A stretch of DNA of 64,000 nucleotides from Enoplolaimus lenunculus. Taxonomy: Eukaryota. The position numbers were made by a program, and so were the translations under genes. Positions within the stretch are counted from its first letter, which is position 1. Each line of letters opens with the position of its first letter. The notes beneath the pieces were generated by a model. That model ran no database searches and had not been told where the DNA came from. It worked only from the letters and a program-made list of their open reading frames with translations. Positions 24,948 to 36,060 of this stretch are shown piece by piece. The stretch spans positions 248,001 through 312,000 of the forward strand of contig JASANG010000932.1 in assembly GCA_030248215.1 (NCBI GenBank), in the 5' to 3' direction.

Positions 24948-25121
24948 GGCCGATTGTTACTTTTAGGGCCGTCCCGGTTTCTGGTGGGTCTGTAAAATAG
25001 TAGGCTTACATTATAAGACAACATTTTTTGCTTATTTTTAGGAATACGCTTTTGCAAGGCTTAGGCTTAGTCTTAGGAATACGCTTAATCTACTGTTGCG
25101 CCCCTAAAAGTAACATTGGCC
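24948..25121 (+). mobile_element. Family B TTAGGC MITE just 3' of LRRN-A
   Basis: Ends TGTTACTTTTAGGG...CCCCTAAAAGTAACATTGGCC. Confidence 0.8.
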
Positions 25122-27519
25122 TAAAAATGTATAGTAACAGTTATCTGTGATATATCTATGTTAACCCATGTACAGATCAGTGACGCAACGTTTTTCTGCA
25201 GGACTGCAACAGAATACAGAACTTAATCTGTAAACTGTTTTTTTGTTTAGATTTAAGGATAAGCTCATTCATACGCTTGGACTTAGAAATATACATATAC
25301 TAATGTTACGGTCCTGTTCTTTACATTGGTTTCCATGTTTGTTGTTGTTATGGCACACGATGGTTATACGGATTATTTTCTTAGTCCCAAGTTGTACCTT
25401 GATTATGATTGGATAGTTTCGTCGTAATTTTTCAGCCAATAGACTTCATTAATTTTGAAATTTTGCTTCAAAATTATTACTCAACCTGAATTCAAATCGA
25501 TGTTCGTTCTAACTGAAATAGCCAATTAGCTTGAACGCTTGGCCTATATTCTTAAATGTGTGTCACACCTATCCACAGTTGGTGATAGATCTTGTAACTT
25601 TTGAAGCAGTGAATGTTGAGATTTAAAGTTTAGCACAATTTTTGCATATAATTTGCTCAACTTTTGTATCAATTTCACGTTCAATAACTGCAACCGTTAG
25701 TAAGTGTATAAAACCTATTACTAACTGATAATAGTTGCTATACACATTTGAGAATATGGGCGATAGATACTGTAATTAATTAGGCGTTAACGATTCCAGC
25801 TAAAACGGTTCGTATTTCGTACGCGTACACACACATCCGTTGTCCAACAAAAATTTATGTGGCGAAAAAAATTTTTGATCCATTTGGTCGCCACCGGGTC
25901 TAAGGTTGTCCTAAGATTTTACATGAAGGATAAGCGTAAAGCTAATCCTAAACACTACCATTAAAGCCTAATCCTACTCAATTGCTAATCCACGAAAAAA
26001 CAACCCCTGATAGGTAAAAATTGTCAGGTTGGAACCGTACCATTTTATCACAAATAATTTTGCTGACAGGAGGGAAAGCCTTTGTTTCAAAAATGTGACC
26101 AGCAGTACGCTTTTGATATTCATTCCATGTACAGTATTTTCACTGCCGTATATATGTATAGATTTCTGTAAAAAAATTAAATATCAAAGTGTTATTAATG
26201 AAAATCTCGGGTTTTGGGCGGAACGCGTTTCTGTGGGACTGCAAAAACTTAAGGTTTAGACTATTTTTTGCCTGGCTTAGGCTTAGGAATATGCTCATTC
26301 TTACGCTTAGGCTTAGGAATATGTTTATAATACTGTTCCGCCCTTGTTCTCAACATTGGCCGTGTTTACTAATGAAAACGTTGGGTTTCAAACCATCAAA
26401 CTTCCGGGTTGAAATCCGAACATCTGAAATTTATCATTGTTCAACTCAAGCTTGTATCGTGGACCATCCCGGTTGGGGTCCTTCGATCCGCGTTTAATGA
26501 CGGTCAGGTCCAACGTTATTAAGCCATCATTAATGGTTCGTTAATTTTAACTCGAGAACTCATATTTTGAGCACGGAATGAGCACGGAAGATTGCTAAGA
26601 GCAAACCATGTTTAACAACTGGATTTCAACCAGTTTTAGGCAAACGCAGTAAGTTCGATCGACATTGCTGGATCGAGAATTTTTCAACTGACCGAGACTG
26701 TGCGATAGTGAAAGAAAGCACCCGAGAGTCAAAGGAAATGTACTTTTAATACAAAATTCTGTTTTTTTGGCCCCAGGCGTGGGTGGGGCTACATTCGATC
26801 AGCCAGGGTGAACGCAAAAACGTAGCTACACGACACTCTATTGTTGAATGTTGATCTTGCTAGTAACGAATATATTTTGGAACTTGCATATCTTTTTTCA
26901 GGCTTAAACTTTAGGTTTTAAAGATCAGACTTATGTTTAAAAAAGTTGTTAACGAAGACGGCCCATGTAAAGATCAGGTGCGGAGCGTTTTTCTGATTGA
27001 CCAGAATAGAGTAAGTTTAAGATTTAGACAATTTTCTTGCTTGGCTTAGGTTTAAGCTTAGGAATATGCTCATTTATACGCTTATCTTTAGTCTTAGGGT
27101 TAGGCTTAGGCATATGCTCATTCTTTACGCTTAAGTTTGGGCTTAGGAATATGCTTACAATACTGTTCCACCCCTCTTCTTTACATTCGCCGACTTTGGT
27201 ATAAGCTCATTCTTACTGCAACGCTTAGGCATAGGAGTATGCTTGTACTACTGTTCCGGCCCTGTGCTACTATGTTTAGGACCACAGCTACGTTTTATAC
27301 ATTTCTGGTTTTTAAGCGATAAATGTTTCCCAGGTTCAGTTCGGTAAAATTTTTGTCTAAATTTTGCCTTGGTTCGGTTCGGTAAATCTTTGAACAGGAA
27401 CATTCCACCCCACCTCCACTGCTCATTTTTCAAGCCATGGCATAAATGGGAAAGGTTCCAAATGAAACGTGATCATCTGCCTGCCAGCCAAAATACCACT
27501 TTATGCAACGAAATATTAA

Positions 27520-27782
27520 CCCCTTCTCACATTGAGTTGCCTGTAGGCAGCTCAGCGCACTGTATATACATTAAATAGTATATATCACACCGTGTTTAAC
27601 AATTGCAACACGTATACATAGTACTAAATCACCACAAGACGTGAGAGACCCCTCGGGCTCGAGCGTCAAGCTCCTATTGCTGAGTGGTGATGGTATACGC
27701 CTCCTACTCCCGTCACTGGAGTTCGAATCCTAGCATAAAAGTAGGTCTCATTGGAAATAGAAAATATTCATGTGAGAAAGGG
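27520..27782 (+). mobile_element. piggyBac-like MITE (TTAA TSD) carrying a tRNA-derived cassette
   Basis: TTAA|CCCCTTCTCACAT...ATGTGAGAAAGGG|TTAA, with internal A box TGCTGAGTGG (~27679) and B box GTTCGAATCC (27721-27730). Homologs at 60752-61025 (-) and ~58830-58967 (partial). Confidence 0.8.
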
Positions 27783-28009
27783 TTAACAGCGTTTGAGCGA
27801 GTTATGTTGTATTTTTCATATTGTGCAGTATAAAGTTAAACTATCTTCTCGCGACTTTAGCTTATTCAGTACAGTGTTAACCTGAAATGCAAGCGGCGAA
27901 CCAGAACCATTTGGAAACATTTCAAATATATTTATTCAGCCGAAAAAAAATTTAAGCTTCGCCTCTTGATTGTTAGCCCGTATTAAGCGGTGTGGCAGGT
28001 CAAGTGTTT

Positions 28010-28420
28010 CAACAGGCCGAATTTTCGCACAGGATAATTCAGCCGGCCGAATTTTCCCACAGGATAATTCAGCCGGCCGAATTTTCCCACAGGATAATTC
28101 AGCCGGCCGAATTTTCCCACAGGATAATTCAGCCGGCCGAATTTTCCCACAGGATAATTCAGCCGGCCGAATTTTCCCACAGGATAATTCAGCCGGCCGA
28201 ATTTTCCCACAGGATAATTCAGCCGGCCGAATTTTCCCGCAGGATAATTCAGCCGGCCGAATTTTCCCACAGTATAATTCAGCCGGCCGAATTTTCACCC
28301 AGGCCGAATATTCCATGCGGAAAATTCAGCCGGCCGAAACTGCCCCAGGCCGAATTTTTCGTGCGGAAAATTTAACCGCCCGAATTTTCCCACTTGGCTA
28401 AGCCGAGTTTTCCAGGGCGA
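28010..28420. repeat. 30-bp minisatellite
   Basis: About 9 near-perfect units of GGCCGAATTTTCCCACAGGATAATTCAGCC, then degenerate units. Confidence 0.95.
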
Positions 28421-29360
28421 AAATTCGGCACTAGAAAAAAATGCAGGCTCAATTGTCCGGGGAGAATTCAACCGGCCGACGTTTCTGGGGGAGAAATTCC
28501 GACTGGCGGATAATTTCGCCTGTCACAGGTGTGTGTCTAATAGGGTGGCCTAAAGTCGCCCAGCCCTATCGCGTGGGGCACCACGAACCACTTGTTCTGC
28601 TCAGAGAAACATTTATATTTTGTAGACCTAATTACCTCTATATCATCCTTTCAAGTCCTACCAAACTGGATGATTATCACTGCTATTAATTAACGCTTAA
28701 TCAATTACCTAATGACAACACTTAATTGATAAGTGTCTCAGACACCCAAAATTCGGATACCAATTAACATCGAAGAAATTTTGAAATTTATTAATTTTCC
28801 TATTTTAAAATTTTATTTCAAGTGAAATTTGATCCATTTTGGGTGCGCACTATAAAATGGTATGCCGGACGAGACAGTATTGCTTGCGCAACTAAAATCA
28901 TTTTTGCACTTTTAGCAATTATTTAGCAATTAGTTGCAGCGATGTTTAGTGCAAAACTGCAGGTGCAATTAGAAAACTGGAGTTGTAAACACTTTTTCAA
29001 ACAACATATGGCAAGCGATGTGAGCGGATTAGTAAAGTCATGCTTTGGAAATCGAATTTTGTTATTTAAATGCGCTATAATCGAGAAATATTTTCCGACT
29101 CAGGTAAAGATCAGTGGCGGAACTATTTTCTTTTGCTTGGCTTAGGCTTAGGAATAAACTCATCCTTACGCTTAGGCTTACGCTTAGAAACAAGCTTATA
29201 ATACTGTTTTGCCCCTGTTGTTTATATTGACTCTTTCATGTATAATGACTCTTTAATCGGTAACTTTTCTGTACCGTTTTGCATTTAACTTTATCCCTCC
29301 TATATCGATGATAAATTTATAAATTCGCTTTATGCCAAGGAAACTAATATCTCTGAGAGC

Positions 29361-29591
29361 GGCCCATGTAAAGATCAGAGATGGAACGTTTTTCTGTGGG
29401 ACTAGAAATGAGTAAGTTTAAGCTTTAGACTAATTTTGTGCTTGGTTTAGGCTTAGGAATACGCTCATTCTTACGCTTTGGCTTACAAATATGCTCATTC
29501 TTACGCTTAGGCTTAGGAATATGCTCATTCTAACGCTTAGGCTTAGGAATATGCTTATAATACTGTTTCGCCTCTATTCTTTACATTGGCC
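29361..29591 (+). mobile_element. TTAGGC-bearing MITE family A
   Basis: Full-length copy with both TIRs and 30-bp internal units. Similar copies at 26960-27190, 31574-31742, 40587-40744, 42614-42803 and 44658-44890. Confidence 0.88.
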
Positions 29592-30040
29592 GTGTGACAG
29601 CTAAGATTTTATCCAGCAAATAATTGTTTAAGTTTTCTGCAGTTAATTCCTACAACACAAGATAATTAAGGCTTTGCTAGAAAGAATAATTAAAAATTTC
29701 AAATTTTTCGGCCGATCAAAAAGTGTCAAGTGTATAATATTTACCTTTTAAAAGCCATCAATTGAAATTTAATCGTCATTTGAAGTAAAGATAAATTTAG
29801 CATTTCAAACGCGTTAAATATTTTAATTCAAGTTGAAAAGCGGAATATATTGTTACAAGCACTCCGAAACTCCTTTGTGTAAAATCAACTAAGCATAGTT
29901 GTAATTTTACGCGAAAGGTCAAGGTTCACTTGAGAAGGGTCAATTTGTGTTGAACTCAAAGTGAGAGCCTTAAGATAATTTCAATTGTTGTTCAAAATTT
30001 CGAAAAGTTTTTGTAGCGAATAAGCACATAGCTAGGATAT

Positions 30041-30300
30041 GTAAGCATGCGAGACATGCTTGTCCTGGTGCATATGCAATAAATGCAATACACATTGTGT
30101 TGTACAGTCGACACATATAGTCGACGAAAACTGCAGTTGGAGAGGCGGGCTACATGGCGCAGTGGTAACAGCGTCTGCCTGACACGCCAAAGGTCGCTAG
30201 TTCGAAACCATCCGTAACCCGCTTTTCCAGCTGCTTAATACAAATGTTTGAAGTCCCAGTTCCTGCCTAGACTGACAGGATATATCTTGGGCGATTTCTT
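30041..30300 (+). mobile_element. tRNA-derived repeat with conserved ~100-bp upstream leader
   Basis: A box TGGCGCAGTGG and B box AGTTCGAAACC at ~30143-30220. Leader plus head are conserved at ~34098-34300 (+) and ~54510-54670 (-); leader only at ~39410-39460. Confidence 0.65.
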
Positions 30301-30768
30301 AAAATTCAATAATAAATTCTTTAACAGGATCATATACAACACTGTAAATTCTGATGAGTTGATTAATCACAATTCAGAGTACGAATTAGTCGTTTGTAAC
30401 CCGCTTTTCCAGCTGCTTAATACAAATGTTTGAAGTCCCAGTTCCTACCTAGACTGACAGAATATATCTTGGGCGATTTCTTAAAATTCAATAATTAATT
30501 GTTTAACAGGATCATATACAACACTGTAAATTCTGATGAGTTGATTAATCACAATTCAGAGTACGAATTAGTCGATTGTGTAGGTTCTGAGTATTTAAGA
30601 TGAAACATCAACTCTCTCTGAGCTGATTTAATTCCGGGTGAGTTGAATACTGTAGTAACCAGGATAACAAGGGGATAATAACAGAATTGTCCCCATTTTG
30701 AGTCCCTATCAATAGGAGTTCGTATACCTAATAAGAGTCCTAGCGGATAGAGTCGTTGAACTTTAATT

Positions 30769-30900
30769 AGTAAGTAAGTAAGTGTTTATTACTGACATCG
30801 TCAGACAGCTCAACAGGTCGGATCAGGTTTGGTATGCCATCATTCGGCTCCTGCTGATGAGGACAAAACTTACTGAAATCCGATTACCAGTTATACGCAT
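30769..30900 (-). mobile_element. (TTAC)n-tailed retroposon 3'-end fragment
   Basis: (GTAA)n then TTTATT on the + strand; third copy of the 17.7/18.7 kb family. Confidence 0.6.
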
Positions 30901-31984
30901 CAAAAGTTTAAAGCTTAATTAAGTTTTGAAAGTAACGTTCCACAGTATAACCCTGCATTATCGCTCAAGCTTTTGATGCAAGGCAAAAAAACGTTTAATT
31001 CAACGGATAGTTGCAATACCGGATATCTATCAGTAACGAAGGGTGACGAAAAGCGGGTTGTAAATAAATAACATTCCGTAACCGAGTAACAGGGGTTACC
31101 TTCTGGAGGGGCAAATAAATATCAGCATCCCTCTTATCCGGTTCACTACAGTAATTAGCTCCGAATGAGCTTAATTCAGAATTCTGAGTTCTGCAAGTCA
31201 TAATTCAGAGCTCAGGCTTCTGAGTAGATTCAACTCATTGTCAGTTAAAATCAGCTCGCTGGAATTTACAGTGAAACAATGGGATAGATCTAGTATATCT
31301 CCTCCGAATTCTCTGTAGAAAAAAATAAGAAAAGCCAACCTTCAGGGTCTTAAAGGTCAATTTTTTTATACACATGCTGTTCGGAATTATTAGGACCCGA
31401 CCAACTTTGCAAAAAATATTGTCTCACAACCTTGAATACAAATGACTTTGTTTACCCAATTCAAATTTAATTTCAACTCGTAAAATACAAAGATTAACGT
31501 TGAAATTCAACTCCGAATTAAAGTATTGAGTAGCAAAAATGTCACAAATTTTCAATTTATTCTTAAAACATTCGGCCAATAAGGGTGGAGTAGTATTATA
31601 AGCATATTCCTAAGCCTATTAAACCCAACGGTAAACAATAAACATATACCTAAGCTAAGCCAAGCCAAAAAATTAGTCAAAAACTTAAACTTACTCTATT
31701 GCAGTCCCACACAAAAACATTTCGCCCCTGATCTTTACTTGGACAAAACCTCCAAATAAAAGCAAATTTCGTTCTAAAAGGATGTGAAATTTGATAATTA
31801 ATATTGACAGAAATGTTAAAGTGTTGTAAATTCTTTTTGAATACCTGCGTCTTATTTCAACCGACCCTACAGCAACAATTTGACGAGGCTAATCACAGAT
31901 TAAACTGAGATGAAATATGAGAATAAAACAACGGACAGGTTAAATTTAGTCAAAACACAACATTAGATTAACTGGTACTAGAAA

Positions 31985-31986
<2 letters not shown>

Positions 31987-32081
<95 letters not shown>
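31987..32081. repeat. (TA)n microsatellite
   Basis: About 40 uninterrupted TA units abutting a truncated family B MITE (~32085-32228). Confidence 0.97.
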
Positions 32082-32885
32082 TGTTTCTAAGCCTAAACCT
32101 AAGCCTAAGCGTTGCAAAAATGAGTTCCTAAGCCTAAACCTAAGCCTAAACAAAAATGTAATCTAGAATCTAAACTTACTTTTTATAGACCCACCAGATG
32201 CCTGGACGCTCTTTAAAATAGCATGGGCCTATATATCTATATATCGTAGACCAGCTAACTTTAAAATCGAAGAAGAAAATCATTAACCCTAAAGGTTTTT
32301 TGAAAACTTAGCTAAAGTTGCTCCAAAAACTTTAACCCAAAAGCTGACGGAATCAAACTATTTTAAAGAGAATCGAAAAATTCAAAATGACGGCTCAGAT
32401 AAACCAATCACCTTCTGAGTTTACTTAATATTGTTTTCATGTCAGCAAAATTTAGCATATTTCATGCTTCAATGGTAAAATTTTACATTTTTCGTAATGA
32501 ATAAATTTCGCCCAGGAAGCTTAATCTTTATTTTGAGTATAGTTTTCCAATGAAAGACCGCTATTTTCTAAATAATCAGTACCCTGTGGACTTTGTTAAA
32601 GCTAACGCTTTTAGTTTCAATTTGGCTAATTTTGTTAGCTTTATTAAATTTTGTCACAAAAAATAATAAGTATTTAGATGGCTTGGAGTATGATTAGGTA
32701 TATTGCAGATGCGTTGAGTTATCCCTGAAGGCTGGCTTATTGACCGCTGAGCTGAAACTCAGCTGTTGTTTGATATTTAACTAGTAATTTTCGTATAAAA
32801 AGATATATAAATTATACAAAATAAATTCTCACATTTTAGTGGAAATGACGTAAAATAAACGAATTTTTACTGTTTTAACATTTTG

Positions 32886-33510
32886 GGCCCATGTTACTTT
32901 TAGGGGCGTCCAGGTTTCTGGTAGGTCTGTACTTTTAGGTTTATTCTAGATTATATTTTTTGCTTATGCTTAGGCGATTACACTGCAAAAAATGATGAGC
33001 CAAATTGACTTCACCGAAATAGACTCTACGGGACTACACAAAATGTGTCAAACTTGACTCCTCCAGCGTCAAATTGGACTCACGCGGAGTCGTACGTTTG
33101 ACTGACGCGGAGTCGAATTTGACTCAGACTGTGTAGTCCTGTATAGCCTCTTTCGGAGATAGTCAATTTGACTTACCATTTTTTGCAGTGTAGGCTTATG
33201 CTTAGACTTACGAATACGCTTAATCTACTGTTACGCTCCTAAAAGTACACTGTAAATTCCAATGAGTTGATTAATCAATTCAGCTAGCGAGTTGGTTATT
33301 TCTGAATTAATATCAGTAAACATTAACACACTCTGAGTTGTGTTGATTCTCACTCTGAGTTGAGTTAGCTCTGGGTGACTTGGTTAATTAACTCAGAATG
33401 AATTGAATCAACTCAAGATTCTGAGTTGTGATAGTCCTAACTCAGACTGAGTGATTCAACTCATTCTGAGTTAAAATCAACTCACTGGAATTTACAGTGT
33501 AACATTGGTC
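32886..33510 (+). mobile_element. Family B MITE with nested family D (32981-33190) and family C (33248-33499) insertions
   Basis: Both inserts are flanked by TA duplications; removing them restores the family B right TIR AAAAGTAACATTGG. Confidence 0.88.
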
Positions 33511-34679
33511 AACATTCGTAACGTTTCTAGTGTTTGAAGGTGTAACTGGCGAAAAAGCTGTCTTTGTCGGAGCCGAAATTGAAACAGAATTCAAAAATTT
33601 TGCTTGGCCTTTGACATCATGGGATACATTTCATAGTTTATGACAAGCACAAGGAACATTTGCGTTCGAAATTGACATAACTATTAATTCTTCGGAAACA
33701 TATTGAAGACAGCAAAACTACTGTTCGTTGCTGTAAAACCAACCGTTGAAGTGAAAACAATCATTGGAGTGAAACCAACTTTTCGGACTTTGGAGCCTTA
33801 AAAATGGAATTTTTCAAAAATTCAAATTTATGCGTGAAATGGTCAGAAAATGTCGTGGGAAGCTCGAATATGACAAAATTTTTGAAATCTGGCCACGTTT
33901 GGTCAAACACAGGTCGGCGGGGATAACCGAATTGAGCCATAACTAAATATTTACACAAGCAGTTTCACAGTTTTACAACCTAAGATACGTCAAAGCATCA
34001 ATTAATATTGGTGATGCTTGTAGCTCGACAGCCAAATTAACAAATTTCCAAAATTTCCGCTTTGATTTTATATTTAGTTCAATTTTTTCTAATATCTGTA
34101 AGCATCAGAAACATGCTTGTCCATGTGTATATTCAAATGCATTGCCCTTTATGTATGCTAACCGGTATCATACGGTCGGCATATGGTCGACGATAGAAAC
34201 AGTTGGAGATGCGGACTGCATGCCGCAGTTGTAGAAGCGTTTGCATTAGCATCCGTAAGCCGCTAGTTCAAAACCACCCGGTATGTTTGCTTTTTCGGTT
34301 CCTTGATGTTTCTGAGCAAGCCAATAACCCAACAAACCAGAAGATTCCAACACTTTTAAAAAGAGAATTTTATTAAAATTGTTCAACTTCAAACCCCCGT
34401 TCCGGCCAGTTACACGTTTGTTTAAATTTTAATAATAAAATTCAAACCGCAACAATGAATTTAAAAATTTAACCTTTGCAGCGTTTAGAACTAAAATTGT
34501 CAAAGTACAGTTTTAGCAATTGTCTTTAAGGTATAAATCTATAATTTTCGCTATTTTTTCGTCTAAAATTACCTCTATTTTATAACGTTTACAGTTTATA
34601 TTTAGAGTTTGAAAATATACCTGTAGTTTTATTTGAGAAAATTTGAAATTCACTCAACACAAATGCTAAAATGGGTATA

Positions 34680-35268
34680 ACGACAAATCGTCGCCTGACA
34701 ACTCATCGGCCGACAACTTGTAATCCGAAATCGACGCGACAATTCGTCGCCTGACAACTCATCGACCGACAACTTGTAATCCGAAATCGACTCGACAATT
34801 CGTCGCCTGAAAACTCATCGGCCGACAACTTGTAATCCGAAATCGACGCGACAATTCGTCGCCTGACAACTCATCGACCGACAACTTGTAATCCGAAATC
34901 GACTCGACAATTCGTCGCCTGACAACTCATCGACCGACAACTTGTAATCCGAAATCGACTCGACAATTCGTCGCCTGACAACTCATCGACCGACAACTTG
35001 TAATCCGAAATCGACTCGACAATTCGCCGCCTGACAACTCATCGACCGACAACTTGTAATCCGAAATATTATCGATTCGACAATTCGTCGCCTGACAACT
35101 CATCGACCGACAACTTGTAATTTGACATTTCATCGACTCCACAAAACGTCGTCCATCACATTATGCTTTAGGCTTAGGCTTAGGATTACGGTTAGGAATA
35201 TACTTAGTTGATTAATTAGCTTTTGGGCACTGTTGTGCGACAAATTGTCGGGTGACGAATTGTCGTAG
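34680..35268. repeat. 56-bp tandem array (~8 units) within an inverted-repeat-bounded element containing TTAGGC
   Basis: CGACAATTCG recurs at 34737, 34793, 34849, 34905, 34961 and 35017. An inverted copy TTGTCGGGTGACGAATTGTCGT lies at ~35245-35266, and TTAGGC repeats at ~35168-35185. Confidence 0.85.
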
Positions 35269-35793
35269 ATTTGCTAATCGAGTAGGGAACAATGGACTCG
35301 CTGTAGCATAGCGGTATCTTTGTAGACGGTGGCGGATTTGCGGAAACTGGGTTCATTCGAAGAACGTCGGTTAACATGAAAAAGCTTTTGAGCCACTTTT
35401 CTTTGTCGGTATTTCGTGGTCAACAAACCGGAGTTTTTACTGTTCAAAATTTTTTCGTTATTGGAATTGTTTCAGCACTCAAAGGTTCCTGACGGAATAA
35501 ATATTTTTTGCATTGCTTAGGCTTAGGCTTAGGCTATTTCGCCTAAAATATTATAATTTGCATGTAAAATTGTTATTGCGGCACGAGTTGATTACTGTGA
35601 CTGGGTTTTAAGAAAAATAATATTCTTTAGAGTTTATCAGTAAATACTTATTAGCATCCGAATGAGAAAATTATCGATAACTTTGAGCTTAGTTTTCACA
35701 CTGTTAAAGTTTGAATTAAGATTAATATCCTCAAAGCATCGCAGTATCTGTTGCCCGTTAGCAAACCGTATTCAAACTATTCTTAAAAAACTT

Positions 35794-36060
35794 ATAGCTC
35801 TATTCACACGTGCAAGTTTTTGCTGCGAGAAGTTGCAGCTGCAACTTGCACTTGCAAGTTTTGTCCAAAATTCCGTTCGAAAAAATTGCAGTAGCAAATA
35901 ATTCATTAAAAATCATAGCTAGGGATTTAGTACACATATGTGAATAACCATGCAAGTTCACTGAATTTATTGCTGCCGCTTTCTCATTGGCTGATGAAAA
36001 AATGCAAGTTCGACGTGCAAAGTTCTCGCAGCAAAAACTTGAACGTGTGAATAGGGCTTA
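35794..36060. mobile_element. MITE family J (AGCCCTATTCACACG termini)
   Basis: Inverted ends AGC(T/C)CTATTCACACGT..ACGTGTGAATAGGGCT. Homologs at ~36313-36460 and ~37700-37963. Confidence 0.7.

Noticed and set aside
27936..28401. Repetitive ORFs or possible CRISPR array
   Set aside because: Head-to-tail 30-bp units without unique spacers, eukaryotic context and no cas genes. The same applies to the 56-bp array at 34.7-35.1 kb.
29915..29930. Nuclear-receptor direct repeat AGGTCA-A-GGTTCA (similar site at ~54268)
   Set aside because: Short motifs expected by chance in 64 kb; no conservation data available.
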